A stretch of 62,757 nucleotides of DNA. Origin: a virus. Its lineage: Duplodnaviria > Caudoviricetes. The notes below the pieces were generated by a model. That model made no database searches. It saw only the letters and a program-made list of their open reading frames with translations, and was not told where the DNA came from. Where the stretch lies: positions 1-62,757 of the IMG/VR virus record IMGVR_UViG_3300027996_000032. One strand, given 5' to 3'. The position numbers and the translations under genes are program-made. The first letter of the stretch is position 1. The number at the start of each line of letters is the position of its first letter. Shown here piece by piece: positions 40,414 through 48,480 of the stretch.

Positions 40414-40443
40414 GCAACAGTAACACGGCGAGACGGGTGGAGG

Positions 40444-43400
40444 CTACGATGCCCGGCGTTTCACAACGAGGCGAGGACGGCGGCGGCGGGCTGCTGCGCG
40501 TAGCGCCTTGGCCAGCACATCGGTGCGCTGCATGGCCTTCACGAGATCCCCAACGGCCTCGTGGATGTGCGCGCGCTCGGCATCCTGCGGGTAGGGCTGC
40601 TCGGTGCGGGTCGGGTCCTTCATCCGGGTACCGTAGACAAGGTAGGTGCTCTGCCTCTTCTGCTTGTGGAGCGTGTCTTCCACGTATGACTCGAAGGCGC
40701 GAGCGAACATCTCGTGCGGCGTCGCCCAGTACCCCTTTCCGAGTGCTTCGGCGTGCTGTAGGTACGTGGTCTTGTTCGCGGTAGGTAGTGCCTTGATCTT
40801 GGCGTTGAACGTCTTCACTTCTTCGTTGTATGCGTCCGACGCGGCGCTCCTTTCCTTCCCCTTCAGGCGCGCAGCCTTCGACCTGACCAACCGCAGGCGT
40901 TGTCGCTCCGCGTTCAGGTCTGTATCCGCGGCTGCTCGCTCCTTCCGAAGCTCGGCCTGGCGCTCTGGTGTCGGGGTCGTGATCCGATGCATCACCTCGC
41001 GGAACGCTCTCGACACATCTGGGTGCAGCTTGTCCGCTGACGACCTGGCGGACACGAACGGCGCGCTTGCCTTCTGTCCTGGCCGCCCTGGCGTCATGGC
41101 GGAAGGATCATCCACGAGCTGGTGGTCGAAGAAGTGCGCCCATTCGTGGGCGAGACTGCCCGCACCTTTGGTGTGGGTGAGGTTGATCACCTGCGTGTCG
41201 GGCTCGTAGTGAGCCGCCGCGGCCCCCCCTTGCTTGCCGCCACGAGCGCCGATCGTGATGGCCAACACACCACCGTGAGATATCTGCCTCGGGTGCATCC
41301 CGAGGACATCCGCCAGGTCGGTCAGGGCCTCGTGAGAGCGTGCAAGGTGCTCGTCACGGCTGGCCTGGTCCACCCAATCGCCCCAGCGGACAGCGCGCAG
41401 CCCAAACAGATCGGTGAGCTTTTCGCCGGACGGGTTCGACACGTCGACCTTTGGCCCCCCAACACGACGGTTCTCGGTGGTGGCTCGGGTCCATTTGGTG
41501 CCCTTGCGCCGCGTCTTCTTCTTCGAGTCGAGCATGGACGACCAATCGTCCTCTTTCTCGATCTTCCTTGCATGGTAGCGGTCCTTTTCCCAGAACGCAG
41601 AGTTCGCGGTCCGCTCGGTTCTGGCTCGGTGGTCGGCACCGTTGATCACGCTGGCCAGGCGTCGGGCTGACCGGCGTCCACGCCGGTCAAAGCCAGCCTC
41701 ACCGCTGAGCGCGTCCATGTAGCGATACCAGACGTTCTCGGACTTCGGGATCGGCTTGGTGAGACGGTAGCCGCCGCCGCCCCGCACCACCTCCGACGAG
41801 TACCCGGCCGCCTTCAGCATCCCGAACGAGATCTGTTCGCGACGGTCGAGGGCGTCGATCTTCACGTTGAGTCGCTTCACCTCGTCCCAGTCCGGCACGG
41901 CCTTTGTTCTTTCAGCCTTGAGGGCCTGGAGCTGCTTCAGCTCCGCTCGTGTGTTCAGGTTGATCTGCGTGTAGCCGCCACCGCTCGGAGCACCCTTGTG
42001 CTCCTTCACCTCGGCCCACAGCTCTTGTGCCGAGAGGGTCTTTTCCTCGACCATGTGGCCGCTCGCCATGAGCTTCCAGTCCCGAACGAATGAGATCACC
42101 TTCTCCATGGTGTCGCACGCCGCGAGTTCCTTCTGCAGCCAGGTGGCGCCGGCCACGTAGTCGCGGCGATAGTCGGCGCCATCCTTCGGACCCACAGCCA
42201 CAGCCGCCAGGAGCTTCTTCTTGAGCCATGCGGCACCAGGTGTCGCTCCCGAATCCCTCTCCTCCTCGGCGCTGAACTTCTCGAACACGTTCTTCTTGAG
42301 TGCGTGCTTTCTTGCTGTCTTGGCGCCACGCGATTCGAGCTCGCCAATGTTCGCCTCGTTGATGCGCGTTTTGGCCCTCCACTCGTCTTTTCGGTCGCCT
42401 GGCACGTAGACGCCCACATCCACGTGGTCGCCGGCCTTCGCGGGTGTCCGCGACCGCTTCGGCGACTTCTTGGGGGCTGGCGCCAGTTGACCGTCCGGCG
42501 TCACAGCTGGCGCCAAAGCGGCGGAGCCTGTGGCCGGCTTCGGCTTCTTCGCCTCCGCTGCCTTCAGCTCAAGCTCGTAGCGCATCCCAACCATGGCGGG
42601 GCCGACCGACATCTTCGGGCGCCTGCCTCTCTTGTCCGGCATGTAGCCCGGGAGATACTCACCATCGCCGCCCGACAGGGCCGCCCACAACCCGGACGCC
42701 CTGCGAAGGGCCTCGCGGCCATCGTCTGCGACCTGGCCCGTGCTACCCATGCTCGCGGCATGGATGAGCAGCAAGCGCTCGATCTCACTGAGGTGCTCCT
42801 CCTCGGACTTTGGTCCCTCGGAAGTTTCCGCCGCACCCTCGGAAGTTTCCGCCGCACTTTCGGGGTCGACCTCGCCCCGCTTCTTCTTCGCCTTGTCGCG
42901 AAACTCGGCCGCGGCATCCTTGTCGCCGCGCTTCTCGGCCATGTCACCGTGCAGATCGAGGTAGGCCGCCGCCGTCTTCTTCCGCCCGATGTCGTCCTCG
43001 GACAGCTTCGACCCCTGCGCCTCGGGTGCCGGCTCTGGCGTAGGTTCGGGTGCCGGCTCTGGTGCTGGTGTGGGCTCCACAGCCGCCGGAGTCACGGCCG
43101 GCTGCTCGGGCTCGGGCTCCACCACCTGGTGGCCCTTGGCGGTGCGCTCCCCCTCCGTCACCTGAGCCACACCCGTCTTGGTACGACGCAGATGGCGCTT
43201 CACTTTGTAGCGCTGCCCCGCACCTTCGCGTCGCTTGTGCTTCTCGGCTCGCTTCGCGGCGCGCCGGTTGAGCTCCGTTTGCACCACACCGTGGTCGGCG
43301 TGGTTGGGCCCCACCTTCTCCTGGTGGGCTCGCAGCTCTTCGGCGCGCATGCGGAAGACGGAGCGACCAGTCAGCGGTGGCTGTGGCGGCGGCTTCTCGG

Positions 43401-43569
43401 GCTGCAGTGTCGTCGCTGGCTTCTCTGGCGCCCTGGTCGGCGGCGCCTCCTTCTTCTTCGGCTTCCGGCGAGCCTTCGCCTTCTTCTTCTGTGCGGGTGT
43501 CGGGGCACCGAACATGCTCAACTGGGCTTTGAGCAGCTGCAGCCTGGCCGCGACGACGTAACGGCGCAT
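40444..43569 (-). CDS. polyvalent protein with LPD5-like and LPD1 (zincin-like HExxH) domains
   Basis: DVGVYVPGDRKDEW (LPD5-like); VRWGDWV...EALTDLADVLG...GARG...AAAHYEP...INLT...GAGSLAHEWAHFFD...YWATPHEMFARAFESYV...YPQ (LPD1). Confidence 0.8.
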   Translation of the reverse strand: MRRYVVAARLQLLKAQLSMFGAPTPAQKKKAKARRKPKKKEAPPTRAPEKPATTLQPEKPPPQPPLTGRSVFRMRAEELRAHQEKVGPNHADHGVVQTELNRRAAKRAEKHKRREGAGQRYKVKRHLRRTKTGVAQVTEGERTAKGHQVVEPEPEQPAVTPAAVEPTPAPEPAPEPTPEPAPEAQGSKLSEDDIGRKKTAAAYLDLHGDMAEKRGDKDAAAEFRDKAKKKRGEVDPESAAETSEGAAETSEGPKSEEEHLSEIERLLLIHAASMGSTGQVADDGREALRRASGLWAALSGGDGEYLPGYMPDKRGRRPKMSVGPAMVGMRYELELKAAEAKKPKPATGSAALAPAVTPDGQLAPAPKKSPKRSRTPAKAGDHVDVGVYVPGDRKDEWRAKTRINEANIGELESRGAKTARKHALKKNVFEKFSAEEERDSGATPGAAWLKKKLLAAVAVGPKDGADYRRDYVAGATWLQKELAACDTMEKVISFVRDWKLMASGHMVEEKTLSAQELWAEVKEHKGAPSGGGYTQINLNTRAELKQLQALKAERTKAVPDWDEVKRLNVKIDALDRREQISFGMLKAAGYSSEVVRGGGGYRLTKPIPKSENVWYRYMDALSGEAGFDRRGRRSARRLASVINGADHRARTERTANSAFWEKDRYHARKIEKEDDWSSMLDSKKKTRRKGTKWTRATTENRRVGGPKVDVSNPSGEKLTDLFGLRAVRWGDWVDQASRDEHLARSHEALTDLADVLGMHPRQISHGGVLAITIGARGGKQGGAAAAHYEPDTQVINLTHTKGAGSLAHEWAHFFDHQLVDDPSAMTPGRPGQKASAPFVSARSSADKLHPDVSRAFREVMHRITTPTPERQAELRKERAAADTDLNAERQRLRLVRSKAARLKGKERSAASDAYNEEVKTFNAKIKALPTANKTTYLQHAEALGKGYWATPHEMFARAFESYVEDTLHKQKRQSTYLVYGTRMKDPTRTEQPYPQDAERAHIHEAVGDLVKAMQRTDVLAKALRAAARRRRPRLVVKRRAS
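42815..42856. repeat. 21-bp tandem duplication (AAETSEG x2) in a linker of the LPD1 protein
   Basis: CCCTCGGAAGTTTCCGCCGCA twice. Confidence 0.9.
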
Positions 43570-43622
43570 CTCTAGCCCCCTATTCGATACCGGACGGATA
43601 GCGCACGCCGCGGCGCGACGCT

Positions 43623-45653
43623 CTATGCCGCTCGCATGTTCTCACGGCACCGACGAACAACGGGCCTTGCTTTCCACGCCTTGGACAACGGCAGCCCATC
43701 CGGCTTGTCGAGCACGATCCGAATCGCCCGCACGCCGGTGCCGGACCTCCGCCACGCCTTGGGGTCGATCATGCGGTCGCTCTCTCCACGATGCTCGGAC
43801 ACAAAGCGCTGAAACGCCTGGTGAGCCTTTGAGCTGTTGTGCATCGCACCAGCGCCCACGATGGCCACCAGCCGCCCGCCTGGCTTCAGGTTGGTGTGGA
43901 ACGCCTGGAGTACGTGGGCCATGTCCTGACCCTTCTCGAAGGGCGGGTTCATCACCACACGATCGAACCGCCGCGACACCCCCAGCCCGTCCGCCTGCAC
44001 GTTCTGGTAGCCCTTCTCACCCAGTACCTTCCGGAGGGTCGGCGAGATCTCCGCCACGTGGATCTCGGCGTGGGCTGGCAGCATGTCGGCAATGCCACCA
44101 GTGCCGGCCGACGGCTCCAGCACGGACATCCCGGGCTGGATGTCCGCTGACTCCACCATCAGCGCCGCCTCGGGGTAGGGCGTCGGGAAGTAGCCGGCGA
44201 TCATCTTGTGGGCGGGATCCTTCCACCGCTTCGCCTCGAGCTCCTCGGCGTAGGCCATGCGGTCGTCGGCGTTGTCGGTGCGCGAGCGGTCCGGAGCCGG
44301 CCACCGCTCCACCTTCACCCGCTTGCCTGGCTCGGTCCGCTCCAGGAAGGAGCGCGTTCGCTCGACCACGCCATCGTAGTCGCTCGCTGTCTTCCATCCG
44401 ATCTCGTGCTTCGCGGTCCACGTCTTCGCGGACGCCCACCCGGGATCGCGCTTGGTGATCTTCTTGAAGGCCAGCTCAGCGGCGCGCAGCTTCGCGGCGT
44501 CGGCATGGCTCGGCATTCGGATGTGGTCGGCACCAGAGCTGCCTCGGATGGCGTACTTGGAGCGCATGCGTCCGATCAGGCGATTGTATGCGCCGATCGC
44601 CTTCTCCACCTTCTTCTCGTCGAGCCCCCGCCGCTTGTCGCTGTATGAGGTGTCGGCTGTCCGCAGGTAGGTGGTGGTGTCACGGTGCCCCATCGACACC
44701 CGCTCGCGCCTCTCCGTGGCTCGGTCCTGTGCCGCGACGGCGTTCATGGCCGCGGACTTCGCCTCAGGGCTACTCACCACCCGCTCCTCGAAGCGCGTGG
44801 GGCGATACCCCTGATCGATAGCCTCGGCGAACTGCTGCAGCCGCTGGCCCCACAGCACCTTGGCGCCGGCAGACGCCCGACGGTGCGCGCCCTCGCTCGC
44901 TCGCTTGTGCGTGTTCTCGGTGCCGTAGAATGTCGCGGATTCGGTGTTCCGCTCCACCAGGGCGGCGCCCCGCTTCCGGATCTTCGCCGCGAGCTTCGTG
45001 GCCTCCGCATCACCAAGCCGCTGCTCGTGTAGCGGCTCCTGGGTTTCCCTGGCGTGGTGCTCCTGGGCCTTCCGTACCGCCTTCTTGCGCGCCTGGGCTT
45101 CCGTCTTCGCCCCACCGTAGTGCTCGCCGTGCACCCCCTTCGGGGTCCGCATCGTGTCGCGGTGCACCATCGTTGCGTAGGCGTCCGGCAGGCCCGCGCG
45201 GCGCGTCGCCGACAACGCAGCCCGAGCAGACTTCGCCTGAGCGCCGGTCTGGTCGTTGCGGCCAGCCCTGGACATCTTGCGCTTCGCCACGGCATCCGAG
45301 ATGTCTGGCCCAGATGGCGCGCGCACCACCGCCCTCTGCCCGAGCTTCTTCGCCTTCTTCTCGGAACGTCGGCGCGTGCGACGCTCGATCTCCGCCTGCA
45401 GAACGTTGTGGTCGGGGTGGTCTTCCCCCACCTTGCGCTGGTGCGCCACCATGGCGGCACGCCCCATGCGGAACGCGTCCGAAGAGGTCAGCGTGGCCGC
45501 GGTCTTCCGGGTCGAGTGATGCTCTGGCACCGACACCACACCCGCCTTCGTCCGTCGCAGGTGCGCCTTGACCTTGACCTTCTGTGTGGGGGCGCCAAAT
45601 AGGCTCATCTGCGACTTGAGCATCGCGACGAGACCACGCCACTCCCCCATCAT
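43623..45653 (-). CDS. N6-adenine DNA methyltransferase with long basic N-terminal region (DarB-like MTase domain)
   Basis: GYFPTP, VLEPSAGTG, VVMNPPF, LKPGGRLVAI. Confidence 0.85.
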   Translation of the reverse strand: MMGEWRGLVAMLKSQMSLFGAPTQKVKVKAHLRRTKAGVVSVPEHHSTRKTAATLTSSDAFRMGRAAMVAHQRKVGEDHPDHNVLQAEIERRTRRRSEKKAKKLGQRAVVRAPSGPDISDAVAKRKMSRAGRNDQTGAQAKSARAALSATRRAGLPDAYATMVHRDTMRTPKGVHGEHYGGAKTEAQARKKAVRKAQEHHARETQEPLHEQRLGDAEATKLAAKIRKRGAALVERNTESATFYGTENTHKRASEGAHRRASAGAKVLWGQRLQQFAEAIDQGYRPTRFEERVVSSPEAKSAAMNAVAAQDRATERRERVSMGHRDTTTYLRTADTSYSDKRRGLDEKKVEKAIGAYNRLIGRMRSKYAIRGSSGADHIRMPSHADAAKLRAAELAFKKITKRDPGWASAKTWTAKHEIGWKTASDYDGVVERTRSFLERTEPGKRVKVERWPAPDRSRTDNADDRMAYAEELEAKRWKDPAHKMIAGYFPTPYPEAALMVESADIQPGMSVLEPSAGTGGIADMLPAHAEIHVAEISPTLRKVLGEKGYQNVQADGLGVSRRFDRVVMNPPFEKGQDMAHVLQAFHTNLKPGGRLVAIVGAGAMHNSSKAHQAFQRFVSEHRGESDRMIDPKAWRRSGTGVRAIRIVLDKPDGLPLSKAWKARPVVRRCRENMRAA

Positions 45654-47737
45654 TGGAGGCCACGCGTGCGACGGATTCGCTCCATGACGCTCATCAGAGA
45701 GCGTTCGCTCTTCGAGCGCTCCCCGTAGGGCGGCACCACCTCGGGACCATCACCCTTCGCGAGCTTGCGGTACTCCTCGCTTCGGGAGTCCTCGCCGTCT
45801 TTGCGCGTGAACTCCTCGACAATGATCGGATCTATGTACTTGTCAAGAGCGGTCGTCACCGTCAGCTCCCATTCTTTGTTGGGTGGATGCTCGGCCTTCG
45901 GCAGGACCTTGTGCGCAGTCCTCCCGAGTTCCGCCTGATACCGCTTCCGGTCCGCGGTCCCATGGAAGCCCGCCACGTCGGCACCGAAGAGGGCGCCGCC
46001 GTGCTTCTCAACCAGCATTCTATCAGCCTTCTCGTCCGTTTTCACGAAGTGAGAGCGGCTCTTGCCGACCTTGTGCCCGAGCGCTTCCGCAGCCACTGTC
46101 GCGGCCGCTGTGACCCGATCCCCAACCTTCTGCGGGGCACCAGCCTTCGCGAGAGCATCCATCTCGGCAACGAAGATCCGGTTCGCGTGGAAGGTCCGGA
46201 AGTCCTTGATCGTCCCCCCCGTGTGCGAACGCACGTACGTGTTGAGACGGCTGGCGCTCCCCTCGAAGACGCGGGCATCGGGTGGGGGCCCGAGCAGCGG
46301 GGCGATGACCTTGGCGAGCGCAGCATCCTCCACGCTCTTCACGTGTGGCACTGACGCCTTCCCAACGTACGTCAGGATGACCCGATCACCATCGACGCTC
46401 ACCTGTCCTCGCGTGAGGGTCGTCACACCCCTTACATCGAGCTTCGCAGACTTCTCGTTGCCGGCACGGATCAGGGTGCTGTCCACGAGCACAGCCATCG
46501 CCGCAAGATGCGAGCCCCTGGCGAGGTCGGCGATGAACGTCTGGCGCGCACTGTCCAGCGACAGCCCAAACGCGTACATCTTCGCGAACTTCTTCGCGGC
46601 CTGGGCCTTGAGAAAGTCCTCGTGGTAGCCGTAGGTTTTGCGGCTGGTGGTGGGCGACACCCAGCGCAGGCTCCAGTTGTCGGAGGCTCCGCCGCGGGTC
46701 GCGGCGACGCCGACCGGTGGGTACTTGTCCAGGCCGGGCATGTCCGCCCGTAGCTTCGCGGCTGCAGCTTTGGCGTCGGCAATAGGTTGATTCGGCGCGA
46801 CCTTCCGTGTGGCTTGGTGTTGGGGCACCGACACCACGCCCGTCTTCGTGCGGCGAAGGTGGCGCTTCACCGTGACCTTCTGCTCGCCGAACAGCCCGGC
46901 CTGCGCCTTCCGCAGCTCCTTGGGGAGTGCAGCCCACACCCGGTCCGGCTTGTCGAGCCGCTTCGAGCGCGACGACCGCTTGCGCAGGTACGCGGCGAGC
47001 TCGGCGACAGGCCATGCTGTGAGGCCACCATCGAAGCCTGGTTTCGTGTACTGCTTCAGATACGCTCGTCTCGCCGCCGCCGCGGTCCGGTAGCCCAGCA
47101 TGACCTTGTCTTCGTCGAAGACCTGGGTGCCCGGAACCTTCTGGTGCACGACGTAGGCGGTAGGTGCTGATCCATCCTCCCCGACGTAGACATCCACTGG
47201 ATCACCATCGACACCGAGAGTCCGACAGAACTCGCCGTAGTGCGCATGCATCTTGATGATCCATTTCTTCCCGTCTGGATCAAACCCCGTGCGCGTCGAA
47301 CCCTTGCGGTTCTCGACCTTGATCTCGAGCCCCTGGAAGTCGATCACCCCCACGAAGGGGTACTCGCGGCGGTTCGGTTTCGGTGGTGGGCCCACCACCA
47401 CCGCCGATTCAGCGAGCGCCCGCAGCCGCTTTGCCTCCGCGGTGGGTCCGCTGCCCTTCGTCAGCTTGGTGCGACGCAGGCGACGCGCGACGTAGCGCTG
47501 CGAAGGCCGCACGCCCTTCTCCATTTTGCGGAACAGCCCCTCATACGGGACGCCGCCGGTCTTGAATGTGCGCACCAGTTCTGCCGTCTGCGCCCTGGCT
47601 TTCCGGAGACTCGTCACGAGCATGTGGTAGGGCAGCGGGAGCCCTGTACCCTCGATGGTGAGGACACCGACCCGACGCGGCCCACGCCGCCCCCATGCGA
47701 AGGTGAGACCACCGGCTGTCCATGTCGTCGCGACCAT
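45650..47737 (-). CDS. fusion of an inorganic-pyrophosphatase-like domain and DNA topoisomerase IB
   Basis: IKVENRKGSTRTG...HYG...GVDGDPVDVYVG...FDEDKVMLGY (PPase-like); LIRAGNE, YVGK, KDFRTFHAN, LGH, KYIDP (TopIB R-K-R-H-Y pentad). Confidence 0.85.
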   Translation of the reverse strand: MVATTWTAGGLTFAWGRRGPRRVGVLTIEGTGLPLPYHMLVTSLRKARAQTAELVRTFKTGGVPYEGLFRKMEKGVRPSQRYVARRLRRTKLTKGSGPTAEAKRLRALAESAVVVGPPPKPNRREYPFVGVIDFQGLEIKVENRKGSTRTGFDPDGKKWIIKMHAHYGEFCRTLGVDGDPVDVYVGEDGSAPTAYVVHQKVPGTQVFDEDKVMLGYRTAAAARRAYLKQYTKPGFDGGLTAWPVAELAAYLRKRSSRSKRLDKPDRVWAALPKELRKAQAGLFGEQKVTVKRHLRRTKTGVVSVPQHQATRKVAPNQPIADAKAAAAKLRADMPGLDKYPPVGVAATRGGASDNWSLRWVSPTTSRKTYGYHEDFLKAQAAKKFAKMYAFGLSLDSARQTFIADLARGSHLAAMAVLVDSTLIRAGNEKSAKLDVRGVTTLTRGQVSVDGDRVILTYVGKASVPHVKSVEDAALAKVIAPLLGPPPDARVFEGSASRLNTYVRSHTGGTIKDFRTFHANRIFVAEMDALAKAGAPQKVGDRVTAAATVAAEALGHKVGKSRSHFVKTDEKADRMLVEKHGGALFGADVAGFHGTADRKRYQAELGRTAHKVLPKAEHPPNKEWELTVTTALDKYIDPIIVEEFTRKDGEDSRSEEYRKLAKGDGPEVVPPYGERSKSERSLMSVMERIRRTRGLQ

Positions 47738-47785
47738 TTGGGCCTCCGTCGTTCAGCTGCCGGGATTCTAACGTGCGGCGCACCC

Positions 47786-47814
47786 TTGACGCGTGCGGCC
47801 ATCGCGTGCAGGAT
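47786..47814 (+). promoter_or_regulatory. putative sigma70-type promoter for the RNA island
   Basis: TTGACG-N17-CAGGAT, upstream of a structured leader and the tRNA-like genes. Confidence 0.5.
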
Positions 47815-47900
47815 CCCCTCATGTACAACCGCACCCATTGACAGCACGACCCCGCACGGCGGGGACGAGAGCCATCAGGCGGCCCGGCTTGTGCATATCC

Positions 47901-47975
47901 ACCCACGTAGTTCAGTTGGCAGAACACCCGGTGTAATGAACCGGGAGGTCGAGGGTTCGATCCCCTCCGCGGGTA
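47901..47975 (+). tRNA. tRNA-like gene with expanded anticodon arm (9-nt loop TGTAATGAA; identity undetermined)
   Basis: acceptor ACCCACG/CGCGGGT (one A-C mismatch), D arm GTTC/GAAC, AC stem CCCGG/CCGGG, T arm GAGGG-TTCGATC-CCCTC; no encoded CCA. Confidence 0.7.
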
Positions 47976-47978
47976 TTG

Positions 47979-48051
47979 GGGCGAGTAGCTCAGCGGTAGA
48001 GCGTCGGGCCTTCGGGTCCGGAGGTGGCTGGGTCAGCACCAGCCTCGCCCA
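47979..48051 (+). ncRNA. anticodon-less tRNA-like RNA (anticodon loop replaced by a cUUCGg tetraloop)
   Basis: acceptor GGGCGAG/CTCGCCC, D arm GCTC-AGCGGTA-GAGC, TCGGGCC-TTCG-GGTCCGG, T arm GCTGG-GTCAGCA-CCAGC. Confidence 0.7.
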
Positions 48052-48072
48052 TACCCTTTCCAGAGGTGAGCG

Positions 48073-48369
48073 ATGAAGCTCTATCTGATCGTGAAGACCG
48101 CCCTGGGGGCAGGTCTTCGGTGTGCGCAGGCCATCCACGCCTTCCGCGCCTTCGTTGGCGAGTACCCGCACATTGAGACGTTCTGGCACCTCGAGCACAA
48201 CAACATCGTGGTGCTGCGCCACGAGGATCCCGAGTCGCTCGCCGCGTTGCTCCGGATGCATGGCCTCCGCTTATCCCTCTTCCGGGAACCCGACCTCGAC
48301 AACGAAGTCACGGCGCTGTGCGTCGAGCCCGCCGGCGCCCGCTACCTGTCGACACTTCCCCTCGCGTGA
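48073..48369 (+). CDS. Pth2-like peptidyl-tRNA hydrolase
   Basis: KLYLIV...L.AG..CAQAIHA...IVVL...FREPDLDNEVTALCVEP...LS.LPL; GAGGTG RBS. Confidence 0.8.
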   Translation: MKLYLIVKTALGAGLRCAQAIHAFRAFVGEYPHIETFWHLEHNNIVVLRHEDPESLAALLRMHGLRLSLFREPDLDNEVTALCVEPAGARYLSTLPLA

Positions 48370-48397
48370 CGACCACAAGGCTATCTTCCCCATGGTG

Positions 48398-48472
48398 GGG
48401 CCTGTAGCTCAGTGGTAGAGCACTCGTCTGATAAGTGAAAGGTCGGCCGTTCGAACCGGCCCAGGCCCACCA
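48398..48472 (+). tRNA. tRNA-Ile(GAT)
   Basis: GGGCCTG/CAGGCCC-ACCA, loop CTGATAA, T loop TTCGAAC; weak anticodon stem (one C-A, two G-U). Confidence 0.85.
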
Positions 48473-48480
48473 CCTCGAAA

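Noticed and set aside
45650-46600. Tyrosine integrase
   Set aside because: RxGNE, KDFRT and YIDP are TopIB signatures; no arm-binding domain or att site was seen.
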